This document shows, piece by piece, positions 54,840 through 64,000 of a DNA stretch of 64,000 nt. The position numbers were made by a program, and so were the translations under genes. Position 1 is the first letter of the stretch, and each line of letters begins with the position of its first letter. Below the pieces are notes generated by a model. That model ran no database searches. It was not told where the DNA came from and was given only the letters and a program-made list of their open reading frames with translations. This DNA is from an uncultured virus (IMG/VR IMGVR_UViG_3300020519_000004) (taxonomy: Duplodnaviria; Heunggongvirae; Uroviricota; Caudoviricetes), in the IMG/VR virus record IMGVR_UViG_3300020519_000004. One strand, 5' to 3'.

Positions 54840-57341
54840 TTAACTTGCTTTAGCTGAGCTAAATGTTATTGGACTAAGCTTTCCACAATAACGCTGATAA
54901 TCCAAAGGATCATCAAAGCTATGGTGTGTTCCAGCATCGTCAATAACTTCCCACTGTTGAGTGCGAACTTGATTGATAGTGATAGTTCCGTCATCATTAT
55001 GACTAGCAGTTATACGAGTAGCAATACCATAGAATTGAAGCGCACGCTCCAAATATGGAAAGACTAATCGGTTCATAACAAGCTGGTCAGTAATCTTGCC
55101 ACTGGAAGTCTTATGCTTCAAAGAAGCAGAATACAAACCAAGAACAAGATCATGACGATCACTTTCACACTCATAAGAATCAATCTTATCGACAATAGTT
55201 TGATACAGGTTATCCCAACCTGAACGATCCACATGTCCTCCGTGTTCAGAGGTCATCTGGCTATTGACATTATAGATTTCCATACGGAATTTACGCAAGA
55301 CTGGCAACGCATGAAAGCTCATACGATAACCAATCTTATCTATAAATTCAGATGGACGAGCATTCTCTTGAGCCCAAGTGTGTACACGCTTAGCATATGC
55401 AAGATAATAGCTCTTGCATAGATCATTGAGCTGAGTAATAACACCTTCGTATTTCTCAACCCATTCGCCCTTCTTAAGATAACCATCGAAACGACGGCTA
55501 TCCCAAAGAGCACGATCTACAGGAAGACCAGACTGAATAACTTGACGCACCATAGTAGTTGCGTCTTCGTCAATACAGTCACGATCATCGGCTATAGCAG
55601 TTTGAATAAATCCGTCAATAGCATCCTCGAGACTGCAAAGTTGCTGTTCTCGATGAGTGCCAAAGACAGATGAATGTAACATAGAAGCGTTGACGAAACG
55701 ACCAACGCTGCCAGTAGCCATAGATGTACGGATGTCAGTTAAGACATCCTCACGAGTATACACTTCGCCAGTACGCTTAGGCGGGGGATTGATTTGACTA
55801 GGCAAACCAATGTAGCTAACTTGTTCTTCAGCCAAAGCTTCAGACAAACGCTGTACCCAACCACGCCCAGATACTTTAGGAAATGTAATCTTCTCACCTG
55901 TAGAAGTAAGCCAATGCGGATGCCAGGCTCCTTCTACATATTCAAAGATTGAATACTCACCAATTCCGTTTGGTGAACGGGCAACGATTACAGACTTGTG
56001 ACCGTCAAGATCTCCGCCTTCAAACTCACGATAAAAGAGTTTAAAGAAGTCGTCTTGATCACAGCCACCATGAGATGCATACATCTCAATCCAGTCTAGA
56101 TCGTTTACTACGTGAACTTCGAGTTCACTTAGGCGTTGAATAGTTCCTTGTTCAACTTCAATTTCATAACCAGCCATCCGAGCCAAAGACTCTGAGATGA
56201 TCTGTTCATAAACAGCACAAGGTATAGGAATTTTAGATTTCAACGGCTTAGCATGACTAGTAGCCAGCGTCTCAAACATCCACGGGGATTCAGTTACCTT
56301 CATTCCCATAGCAACCCAACGATAACCCACATATTGCATGCGGGCTTGGGCTTCCTCGTCTTCAGGATCAACCTTATCCTTCCAAGTACGCTGATAGATG
56401 TTCTTCCAATTGCTCAATAGCTTGCCATTGAGCGCTTCTTGAAACATCTTTTCGTACTCTTCGGAAAGCCAATATTCCATTTCGCTTTTAGTAAAAAGCT
56501 GTGGAAGATTGATCATAGTTTGATCATCTGTGTGAACACGAGATTTAGCATTTTGTGGTTCTGCTTGGAACATCCAACCTTCGTCATAAACAATTTCTGA
56601 TTTAAGATTGCCGTGCCAAGAAAGCACGTCAACCCCTTCAGGAAGTTTATCCGAAACAAAGCAATTGCCTTTAAGAAAGCCATCAGGGCCGATAATACGA
56701 CCATTGAAAGCTTTAGTATTAAGCAAGTCTTTGATAGCATTTTGACGCATACGAGGATTGTAATAATACTCGTTAGGATCATTAGTTGATCCAGCTTCAA
56801 ATGCAGGTAAGTTGTCTACGCCGGCTTTAATCAGCCGAGGATGAATTACAAACCCACCATCAAGAAGTCTGTCTACTTCTTCCTCAGTGAACTCTTGGCC
56901 TTCAAACGCATAACGACTAAACTCGTCAGCGTCAGCGTATTGAACAAAGATTTCACCAAGTGCAAAGACTGCATTGATAAGAGTAGGTCGGTGAAACGCT
57001 TTCAACCGCTTAGCAGTTTTACCGCCACCTTTAACCTTAAAGCCCATATCTGTAAAGATAGATAACCACTCAGTGTTGTTGCCAACCTGAGTGATTACAA
57101 TCTTAGTCTTATCCACCAAAGCATATTGAATGCTTGGGTGATTGATGATAGCTTGAATTTGATTAAATTCGAATTCGTTCTTGGGCAGTGGAAGAGCCCC
57201 AACACGAAAGTAATCTTCTCCAGAATGGGTAAGAGCTTGGCGCATAGCACCAATCTCATAGAACCCATACTGATAGTTATTAACGCTACGAAGCGGGCCA
57301 TTGGAATATCCAACAGCCCGCATTTTTGGTGTGATTGGCAT
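54840..57341 (-). CDS. Candidate single-chain two-barrel RNA polymerase (RdRP/YonO-like)
   Basis: LKG, GGCDQDD, ARSP, VGRFVN, EDAIDG motifs reminiscent of cellular RdRP; 833 aa; strong SD. Confidence 0.45.
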   Translation of the reverse strand: MPITPKMRAVGYSNGPLRSVNNYQYGFYEIGAMRQALTHSGEDYFRVGALPLPKNEFEFNQIQAIINHPSIQYALVDKTKIVITQVGNNTEWLSIFTDMGFKVKGGGKTAKRLKAFHRPTLINAVFALGEIFVQYADADEFSRYAFEGQEFTEEEVDRLLDGGFVIHPRLIKAGVDNLPAFEAGSTNDPNEYYYNPRMRQNAIKDLLNTKAFNGRIIGPDGFLKGNCFVSDKLPEGVDVLSWHGNLKSEIVYDEGWMFQAEPQNAKSRVHTDDQTMINLPQLFTKSEMEYWLSEEYEKMFQEALNGKLLSNWKNIYQRTWKDKVDPEDEEAQARMQYVGYRWVAMGMKVTESPWMFETLATSHAKPLKSKIPIPCAVYEQIISESLARMAGYEIEVEQGTIQRLSELEVHVVNDLDWIEMYASHGGCDQDDFFKLFYREFEGGDLDGHKSVIVARSPNGIGEYSIFEYVEGAWHPHWLTSTGEKITFPKVSGRGWVQRLSEALAEEQVSYIGLPSQINPPPKRTGEVYTREDVLTDIRTSMATGSVGRFVNASMLHSSVFGTHREQQLCSLEDAIDGFIQTAIADDRDCIDEDATTMVRQVIQSGLPVDRALWDSRRFDGYLKKGEWVEKYEGVITQLNDLCKSYYLAYAKRVHTWAQENARPSEFIDKIGYRMSFHALPVLRKFRMEIYNVNSQMTSEHGGHVDRSGWDNLYQTIVDKIDSYECESDRHDLVLGLYSASLKHKTSSGKITDQLVMNRLVFPYLERALQFYGIATRITASHNDDGTITINQVRTQQWEVIDDAGTHHSFDDPLDYQRYCGKLSPITFSSAKAS

Positions 57342-57385
57342 GCGCCCCTCCTGATCTTTCCGATTGATATTGTTTACAATTGTTA

Positions 57386-57874
57386 TTACGGTGTTGCTGT
57401 ACGTGCACGCTTAGCTTCCACATAAGCGTTGTATTTAATAATATAAGGTCGAATAAATTTGAATACAGCATTTAGAATTCTAACTGGAATAGTTATAACT
57501 CTAAAGATTGTATAGATTAATTGATTGAATTCACCAAGCACTTTGCGCCATTTGGCCCAATGTACATGGAAGTTCTTCCAATAATAAACAGTACGGTTTC
57601 CACCTTGAGTCCTAGCTGTAGGTGTATCGTGGTTCCAACGAAGGAACTGATAACCAGGAACAGATAAGATTGTTGATATGACGCCGGCACCCATGGCAAC
57701 TAGACCATTGGCTCCGAACGCTATACCCATAACAAACGAAATTACTAATGAATTAAGTAAGTTAAATAGTGGACTCTTTGCACTTAGTTTGCGCCAAGCT
57801 GGAATTTTAGAAGCAATCATGAGCTCGAGAGCACATGAAGTTACCGCTAGAATAAGCATCATTGACAATAGCAT
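57386..57874 (-). CDS. Multi-TM membrane protein
   Basis: Three hydrophobic helices; start refined. Confidence 0.6.
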   Translation of the reverse strand: MLLSMMLILAVTSCALELMIASKIPAWRKLSAKSPLFNLLNSLVISFVMGIAFGANGLVAMGAGVISTILSVPGYQFLRWNHDTPTARTQGGNRTVYYWKNFHVHWAKWRKVLGEFNQLIYTIFRVITIPVRILNAVFKFIRPYIIKYNAYVEAKRARTATP

Positions 57875-57935
57875 TTTATACCCCAATCATTGCTAGTCTT
57901 TGTATGAATAAAAAAATATTTATATTAATATAATA

Positions 57936-57994
57936 CTACAATGGGTTAGAGACACACGCGTCAGGAGTGCGTGTATCCCTAACCCAAGATTGTA
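57936..57994 (-). terminator. Long terminator hairpin with anti-SD loop ACUCCUGAC
   Basis: 18-bp stem 57942-59/57969-86 with G.U. Confidence 0.7.
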
Positions 57995-58006
57995 ATTAGT
58001 TAAAAC

Positions 58007-59095
58007 TTAGTTCCAGTTAAGGATTTCAGATTCAACTACTGCTTCAGCATTAGCCGAGACCTTGACTGAGTTGTCAGAGGTATTGGCACGAGCGCTGTTA
58101 GTCCAGAGGTCAATAGCAACTTCGTTACCCTTGACATTCATCTTGAACCGACCGCAAGGTGCGGATGTAGGATCGTAGATGTCAAGAGCATTCTTGATGC
58201 TTGGATCTTTAGGATCTACAGCAATACGCTGTTGAGCACCAGACCAGACCGTAGCCCATTGCTGGCTAAGGCGAACCAATTCATTGGCTTCCTTATTAGC
58301 CTGCTGAGTACGCTCTTGGCTCCAGCTTTCAGAGACAGACTTCTCACGAATCTGCTGCTTCATAAGAGCAGCCTGCTTACGCAGTGTATAGATACGCTTG
58401 AAGTTTTCGGTTGAAGCATCAACCAAGTCGAGATAACCTTGTGCAGTCATAGACTGTGTGCGGTCAGAACGACCAAGCTCAAAGCTGGTGATTTCTGGGC
58501 CATCAATATCTGCATCGTTTACACGAGGCATCTGATAGCATTCCTTGATACGACCTGGGTTCGTCATCGAACTCATTGCATCGACTGCTCCAGCAGTCTT
58601 AAATGCGTCTACAAGCTGAGTAATTCCTTCTTGGCTGGCACCAAATTGCTGCCAGAACAAGTTCATACCAGAAGCAAAGCGCATACCAAGCTGTTCGAGA
58701 GTAGCAATGAATTGCTCCTCAGAAACTTGCTTGTCTGTAGCTACATTGCGCATTGCAATCTTGCGAAGCAAGCCTGGAAGAGTAAGGACTTCGCCGTCTA
58801 CGACTACTTCCACATTCATCTTAACTGGCTTAAAGATGCCAGTAACAAGCTTAGAGGTTGTACCCTGCTTGCGTGATTCGTGGTCGATAACCGAGATACG
58901 GTGAAGGCGTGCTGACTCAAGAGTCACATAGCCTGGGAACTCAACGCCTGCAATGCTTGCGTTGAATGGAACACGACGGCCCTTAACCAAAGTGGTTGTA
59001 CGGCCCGCCGATGATAGAATGCCAGGATCAGTGGCTAGAATACTAAAGTCTTCGCCATTGGCAAAGAGATCGAATACGGTGTCTAATTGTGACAT
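58007..59095 (-). CDS. Hypothetical protein (GC-richer, early-like)
   Basis: 362-aa ORF, AGGAG SD. Confidence 0.7.
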   Translation of the reverse strand: MSQLDTVFDLFANGEDFSILATDPGILSSAGRTTTLVKGRRVPFNASIAGVEFPGYVTLESARLHRISVIDHESRKQGTTSKLVTGIFKPVKMNVEVVVDGEVLTLPGLLRKIAMRNVATDKQVSEEQFIATLEQLGMRFASGMNLFWQQFGASQEGITQLVDAFKTAGAVDAMSSMTNPGRIKECYQMPRVNDADIDGPEITSFELGRSDRTQSMTAQGYLDLVDASTENFKRIYTLRKQAALMKQQIREKSVSESWSQERTQQANKEANELVRLSQQWATVWSGAQQRIAVDPKDPSIKNALDIYDPTSAPCGRFKMNVKGNEVAIDLWTNSARANTSDNSVKVSANAEAVVESEILNWN

Positions 59096-59285
59096 GATAT
59101 TACTCCTGTTTTATAGTTAGGTATAGGTATATGGGTTTATTTTATTAATGTGTAAGATAGAGATGGTTGATCTCATATCTTTTGTATGTACTCGGGGCTG
59201 TTAACCCCGAGTACGATATTCAGCGACAAACGCTTTTACATAGGATTTAGCTACATAAAAGTTACCATAGAAAAAAGTAATTACT

Positions 59286-59600
59286 TTATTCATTGATATC
59301 TGACGCTACAATCACCTCAACATACTCGCCTGAAGCAAGTTTGTTATTACGGTCAACACGCATTTGATGGGCTGCTGCAAAGCGATGATTGTACAGCTCA
59401 TTGCCACGGATAAATCCTGCAATAGGTGCCTTAACAATGTGCTTAGCTGCTGAACCAAGAGTCTTAGTAAGACCAATGGTTGCTTGACCTGCTGCTACAG
59501 TCGTATCGACTACAGCAACGATGGGTGTGATAGCGAACTTGCCTGTGTAATACACAGTTGTGTCCGCTACATTCTTGAGACGATATTTCGTCTTACTCAT
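59286..59600 (-). CDS. Hypothetical protein
   Basis: GAAAGGGG SD. Confidence 0.6.
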   Translation of the reverse strand: MSKTKYRLKNVADTTVYYTGKFAITPIVAVVDTTVAAGQATIGLTKTLGSAAKHIVKAPIAGFIRGNELYNHRFAAAHQMRVDRNNKLASGEYVEVIVASDINE

Positions 59601-59700
59601 GATAATCCCCTTTCAAGAGATTAGTTTTTGGATATTTTAAATGGCATATATAGTTGTATTTAGAATATACACATATGCCAGATGTATATTATTGTTTTAA

Positions 59701-59985
59701 TTAACGATTGAGATAATCGACTGTAGATTGCACTACGCTGTAAGTACCAGCGACTGCAATACCTGAGCCAATTACATCAATCCACTGAGCATTTGCACCC
59801 ATACCGAATGTGCTAAGAATAGACACATCGCCAAGCCATACAAGAAGGACTGAAACCAAAGTCATGAAGACTTCAGGTTTGCCAACGAATGGCACCTTCT
59901 CAATAGCAGGAAGTAGGTTAAGAGCAAAGCTAGATACTGAAGCGGCAACAAAGCCGACCAGTATAAGAAGTGCAATTGTATACAT
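59701..59985 (-). CDS. Three-TM membrane protein
   Basis: GAAAGGGG SD; hydrophobic. Confidence 0.65.
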   Translation of the reverse strand: MYTIALLILVGFVAASVSSFALNLLPAIEKVPFVGKPEVFMTLVSVLLVWLGDVSILSTFGMGANAQWIDVIGSGIAVAGTYSVVQSTVDYLNR

Positions 59986-60151
59986 TAAGATCCCCTTTCG
60001 TGGAGAAATATATTTGTTTTATTGTTTTGTTTTGGGCTTATATTGTTTATATCTTACTTTTTGTATGATAACCAAGTCTTCGTGCCCCTGTACAGGCCAA
60101 GGGCTACGAAGGCTAAGGTTGTTACAATAATAGATACTTTTATGGTTTTGT

Positions 60152-60451
60152 TCATAGAACATTATCCTGTTGGAAAATGTAATCATGAACCATTGTTGCA
60201 TACATATCGACCATAGCTTTGCCACGCTCGAATGTATCCACAGGCATGCTGAAGTTATAGTGATCTGACGAATCAGCTCCCTGACTTCCGCTTTGAACGC
60301 TCCATTGAATATGGATCTGTGTAGGGCTATATGCCATAACCTTGTAAGAGCTAATCATACCCTTGGGTAGTGAATTGCCACTGCGGTTATAGACCATAAA
60401 GCCATAGACTTTAGAGTCTGAATATTCTTCATTGAATCTTTCAATTTGCAT
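60152..60451 (-). CDS. Hypothetical protein
   Basis: Coupled ORF. Confidence 0.55.
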   Translation of the reverse strand: MQIERFNEEYSDSKVYGFMVYNRSGNSLPKGMISSYKVMAYSPTQIHIQWSVQSGSQGADSSDHYNFSMPVDTFERGKAMVDMYATMVHDYIFQQDNVL

Positions 60452-60710
60452 TATTGTTTCCTTCTAAACAATCAGGTGAATAATATTTTTCATATAATTG
60501 ATCTATTGTTTGATAAATTATAGATTTTCTATAATCTAAAATTATAGATTGAATTTGATCAAACTTAGAATCTGCATCTTGGATACCCAATTTGCAAGAA
60601 TCTTGTTGTAATTGAATTAGTTCTTGACTGATATGATATAAGTCAAATAACAATTTTCCTTTAGGAGTTGACTGACCGCCTTGCCATTTTGGAGGCTTAG
60701 ACATAATCAT
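60441..60710 (-). CDS. Hypothetical protein
   Basis: Coupled ORF. Confidence 0.5.
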   Translation of the reverse strand: MIMSKPPKWQGGQSTPKGKLLFDLYHISQELIQLQQDSCKLGIQDADSKFDQIQSIILDYRKSIIYQTIDQLYEKYYSPDCLEGNNNAN

Positions 60711-61030
60711 TGCCTTCCTGAATCGTTGAATACGATATTGGTTATTTGAGATTGGACTAATAGATAGCGTTTGTCTTGTTCAGACATAAGGCGATCTATT
60801 TCATAGTCCATAAAGCAAATGTCTATAAATTTATCTGCTTGATAAGCTACAGCTACTTGCTTGTCGTTATAGTCAAACCATATGTATTCCTTATCGCCAA
60901 AGGCTCGGTCACAGAGTACGGTTTGGACGCATAGCTCCAAGATTTTAATAGCTTCGCTATATGTGATGTTTGTCTTTGTATGAGGCTCAAGTGAATGAGC
61001 CCCATACGCTGGATGGTTTAGTTTAGACAT
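60707..61030 (-). CDS. Hypothetical protein
   Basis: AAGGAG SD. Confidence 0.55.
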   Translation of the reverse strand: MSKLNHPAYGAHSLEPHTKTNITYSEAIKILELCVQTVLCDRAFGDKEYIWFDYNDKQVAVAYQADKFIDICFMDYEIDRLMSEQDKRYLLVQSQITNIVFNDSGRQ

Positions 61031-61039
61031 GTGTCTCCT

Positions 61040-61495
61040 TTAAATATTTCCTTCAAGCCACCAAGAAGAAAGAGCAACGTCGTTATTAGTGTAAAACTCA
61101 TCTGCTCCTTGCTTCATTTGGAGCCATTCAGAATAATTGCAATAATTAGTCATATTGTGAGCAACAGATATTTTGACGTAATTTCTTATGGTGTTTAAAG
61201 AAGCCATTTTAATCATAGGAGTAACATCTTCAATAGCAAGTTCTGATGGTACTAATTGTCTAAGATTACCTAAAGCTACAGCAAATGTAGCAGCTTCAGA
61301 TCGTATTGAATCTTCAAATTGACGATTAAATGGATCTTGAGTTAATGGAATAAGAGTACGGGCAGCTACGCGTGCTGTTTCAGGATCATATTCTGATTGA
61401 ATTAGATCAAAGATCATAGCAAAGCGCATAGCTTCAGGATCTCCTGCCATTTGTGATAATGCTTTAGCTTGTTTAAATTTATTAAAGATTCCCAT
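61040..61495 (-). CDS. Hypothetical protein
   Basis: Start refined to MGIFNK after GAAAGGGG. Confidence 0.6.
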   Translation of the reverse strand: MGIFNKFKQAKALSQMAGDPEAMRFAMIFDLIQSEYDPETARVAARTLIPLTQDPFNRQFEDSIRSEAATFAVALGNLRQLVPSELAIEDVTPMIKMASLNTIRNYVKISVAHNMTNYCNYSEWLQMKQGADEFYTNNDVALSSWWLEGNI

Positions 61496-61554
61496 TTGAT
61501 TTGCCCCTTTCAAGGGTGATTAGTGGATTTATTTGATAATGTAAAGCGGGAAGG

Positions 61555-61695
61555 TCATAAGCCTTCCCACTTGGTTTGAAGTTTGTTATATAGCTTAGTG
61601 TTACGAATATCTCCAATGTCTTTATGTTTAAAGAAATGAAGAAATATTTTGGCTAACCAAGACACTAATACTATGAATAGAGCCAAACTTATCAT
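61555..61695 (-). CDS. 46-aa membrane peptide (not in ORF track)
   Basis: AAGGAG SD; MISLALFIVLVSWLAKIF... Confidence 0.55.
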   Translation of the reverse strand: MISLALFIVLVSWLAKIFLHFFKHKDIGDIRNTKLYNKLQTKWEGL

Positions 61696-61737
61696 AGCCT
61701 GATATCTCCTTTTCGCGGTCCGCGATTTTTTGATTTT

Positions 61738-61986
61738 TTAGTTATTGAAGCGTTTGACTATGTCCTCGAATGCTTCTTCGGACTCGTGGTCATAGGGATG
61801 ACTGTTAAGAGGTATAGTCTTTTGAGTAATAATTACATCAGGTAGAGCCTGTTGTAGTGAATTAATAAGTGTGTCAATTGTCCGAACAGATAGAGCTCGT
61901 TCACGCTTGCGAACGTACCTAGCTGTTAATAGGGAAAATGACAGTGACATAGTGAACATAATTGAGAGTGCTGAGATAAGTTCCAT
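61738..61986 (-). CDS. Membrane-anchored hypothetical protein
   Basis: AAGGA SD, N-terminal TM. Confidence 0.55.
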   Translation of the reverse strand: MELISALSIMFTMSLSFSLLTARYVRKRERALSVRTIDTLINSLQQALPDVIITQKTIPLNSHPYDHESEEAFEDIVKRFNN

Positions 61987-62014
61987 GTGAAACTTCCTTT
62001 CATAGATGTGTGGG

Positions 62015-62275
62015 TGGTATATTGATACAACGCTTTTCCTCCATATACCAGAGAGTACGATAATGTCGCCCTTGTACCAGTGGCCTAGGCTATCCTAAAT
62101 GTTTAGAGACGCTATAGCTCGTCTATCCATTGTCAGCTTTGCTACGGTAGGACGACCGTTAGTATATTTAGGTGATGACTACCTATCCTACATTTCGACA
62201 TCCATTGGATCCGATGGACATAGTCCATTGGCTGTAGGGTATACCAGTACATAGGCTTTTATATGTGTCCTATGA
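62015..62275 (-). ncRNA. Candidate structured ncRNA (about 260 nt)
   Basis: Gap without a convincing ORF, with at least 8 hairpins and an 8-bp long-range stem. Confidence 0.4.
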
Positions 62276-62295
62276 TTATTTACACAGACTTAGGT

Positions 62296-62496
62296 CTAGG
62301 CCCCACGATGATACGTGGAACCTAGATCCTGTGACGGAGGAAGATCTGATGAATAGAAGACTTCGTGCGAAATAGTTTTATTACAAAAATCGCAGTAAGT
62401 ACCTCTTTCATTATAGTCTTCGTAATACAATTCGTATTTACTACAGTTGTGATAAGTCTTTGACTTTATATATTTGATTAGGTCACTAAGGCTCAT
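62296..62496 (-). CDS. Small Zn-binding hypothetical protein
   Basis: HNC...CDFC. Confidence 0.5.
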   Translation of the reverse strand: MSLSDLIKYIKSKTYHNCSKYELYYEDYNERGTYCDFCNKTISHEVFYSSDLPPSQDLGSTYHRGA

Positions 62497-62642
62497 AGGG
62501 TATCCCCATGAACCTTAGTGTGCTGGCTTGAAATGACCCGCATCATAAAACTTGTAAGTTTATGAATTGGGCCGACAATCCAGATCATACCTAATAGAAA
62601 GATAGAGTAGGCTAAAGTGCCTACTTGACGGATAATGGTCAT
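62493..62642 (-). CDS. 49-aa membrane peptide (not in ORF track)
   Basis: ATGA overlaps at both ends. Confidence 0.55.
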   Translation of the reverse strand: MTIIRQVGTLAYSIFLLGMIWIVGPIHKLTSFMMRVISSQHTKVHGDTL

Positions 62643-62833
62643 AGTGCTTTTCCTCCTGTGTAGAATTCGATTGAACTTAACATATATTCTGATAGACTAG
62701 AGAAGTCACAGAGGGTGAGACCACCATGTGACTGTTCTAGTAGGGATTTCATCTGTGCTGGCCGCCCCCAATTAATAATGACATCATTCTCTAAATCTAC
62801 AAGGAATGTAGCTTCATAGATAGAGGTCATCAT
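62639..62833 (-). CDS. Hypothetical protein
   Basis: Coupled ORF. Confidence 0.5.
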   Translation of the reverse strand: MMTSIYEATFLVDLENDVIINWGRPAQMKSLLEQSHGGLTLCDFSSLSEYMLSSIEFYTGGKAL

Positions 62834-63105
62834 TTCTTAAGCCTATCTAGGATAAGCTTGTCAATAGAGTCGTCATTAAGATGTTCGAAGACCTTGTCCA
62901 TAGCCTGCTCTAAAGCGTCTATGCGGTCTTCTAGCTTGATGATCTTGTCTGCTTGACGGATAGCTAGTTGATTAGCTGAAGCAGCTGTTTCTGTTAGTGC
63001 TATAGTCCTGAGACTAAACTCCTCAATTGCTTGAGGAAGAGATACTTCGTAGATGTCGTGTAAGACTCCATCTGCTGTATAGATAACTGATGTCTTTCCT
63101 TGCAT
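62830..63105 (-). CDS. Coiled-coil hypothetical protein
   Basis: AAGGAG SD. Confidence 0.55.
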   Translation of the reverse strand: MQGKTSVIYTADGVLHDIYEVSLPQAIEEFSLRTIALTETAASANQLAIRQADKIIKLEDRIDALEQAMDKVFEHLNDDSIDKLILDRLKK

Positions 63106-63477
63106 GATTGCTCCTTTGATTAGTCTGATATGTATTTGGCATTAGTTGGTATTACTGAAATAGGGAGAGGGAGATACCCATAACCTAGCATTGTGTGGCC
63201 TATGATGGTCCAACAATCCATAGTATGCCTCTAGCATATGGGTACCCCCCTGCAAGCGCCTGATTTAGTCGCTCGTCTAACAATATTTATATATTTTATA
63301 AAGTATTTGTTCTATACTTGTATAAGAGATAAGAGTCTTTTTGATACGGAAGACTAGAAACCGTTGGGTTAAGCAGTGCATATGCACAATGACTATAGGT
63401 AACTGAGTTACTAGTCCTGATAGGTATCTGCTATGTGTGTTTGCTTGATGCGGCGCCCAAACCGAACAAGACATTTG

Positions 63478-63660
63478 TTATATCTGGTAATCAGCCTTCA
63501 ACTGAAGGATTACTGGATATATGTCAATGTATACTACACCATCTGGTGCAGTCCATTGAACTAGAGTATTCTGGTAGGCAATGAATGCCTTAGAGTGTTT
63601 GATGAGTGCTTGGTCTGCGGCGGCAAACAAAGCAGTGTTGGATGTGGTTGGTGTTGTCAT
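63478..63660 (-). CDS. Hypothetical protein
   Basis: AAGGAG SD. Confidence 0.55.
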   Translation of the reverse strand: MTTPTTSNTALFAAADQALIKHSKAFIAYQNTLVQWTAPDGVVYIDIYPVILQLKADYQI

Positions 63661-63723
63661 GTATCTCTCCTTTGTATGAGATAGATGTATATATATGGGA
63701 CTTGATGATGTATAATGGTAGAG

Positions 63724-63759
63724 TAGTAAAGACAGAGGGAATGCCCCCTGCCCTTACTA
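63724..63759 (-). terminator. 16-bp terminator-like hairpin
   Basis: TAGTAAGGGCAGGGGG-CATT-CCCTCTGTCTTTACTA with G.U. Confidence 0.65.
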
Positions 63760-63783
63760 ACCCTAAAGAACTTCCAGTAAGAA

Positions 63784-64000
63784 CTAGAGTTCCCAACCTG
63801 CTGGCTCGACTTCTACCAGTCGGCGTGGGTGAGCCCTATCGACCTGCAATGTAATAGTCTGGTAGAACTTACCAGCATTGCCTTTCGAAGCGTCGCCCTG
63901 AACTGCCTCAGACTGTTCAATGTTGCTGAGTTTGCACTCAATGAACAATTGCTTGCCTGATGACTTAGCGGCATTCAACCGAGCAAGAATGGCTTCTGCT
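63784..64000 (-). CDS. C-terminal part of hypothetical protein (starts beyond window)
   Basis: Frame open to window edge. Confidence 0.5.
   Translation of the reverse strand, partial: AEAILARLNAAKSSGKQLFIECKLSNIEQSEAVQGDASKGNAGKFYQTITLQVDRAHPRRLVEVEPAGWEL

Overview
This window looks like 64 kb of a large, AT-rich dsDNA phage genome, mostly encoded on the minus strand. The host is probably a freshwater actinobacterium, possibly Acidimicrobiia-like, inferred from two WhiB genes, an actinobacterial-type ferredoxin, a ferritin-like diiron protein and leaderless promoters. In transcription order (right to left) it carries three blocks. (1) An early-like block at about 51-64 kb with small genes, a candidate single-chain two-barrel RNA polymerase, a nuclease-less IS110/Nop-domain (TasA-like) protein, a parS palindrome and many structured intergenic RNAs. 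(2) A middle block at about 19-51 kb with a helicase, S8 protease, six tRNAs plus one D-armless tRNA-like RNA, WhiBs, SSB, UDG, a complete ubiquitin-like cassette (Ubl, E1/ThiF, JAB, three E2-like proteins, AAA ATPase) and a proteasome-beta-like Ntn hydrolase. (3) A late/auxiliary block at about 1-19 kb with 2OG-Fe(II) oxygenases, methyl-, sulfo- and carbamoyltransferases, SGNH-like proteins and a holin-like cassette. The most striking signal is a sigma-A-promoted, terminator-ended cloverleaf sRNA at about 54316-54506 (minus strand) whose promoter abuts a perfect parS site. Its loops are antisense to translation-initiation regions. One loop pairs over 18 nt (one G.U) with the SD+AUG of the holin-like gene 51 kb away, and another pairs with the SD+AUG of the AAA ATPase. 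Several other 3'-UTR hairpins also display anti-SD/anti-AUG loops, suggesting a phage trans-antisense regulatory network. All protein calls are by motif recognition only; no searches were run.
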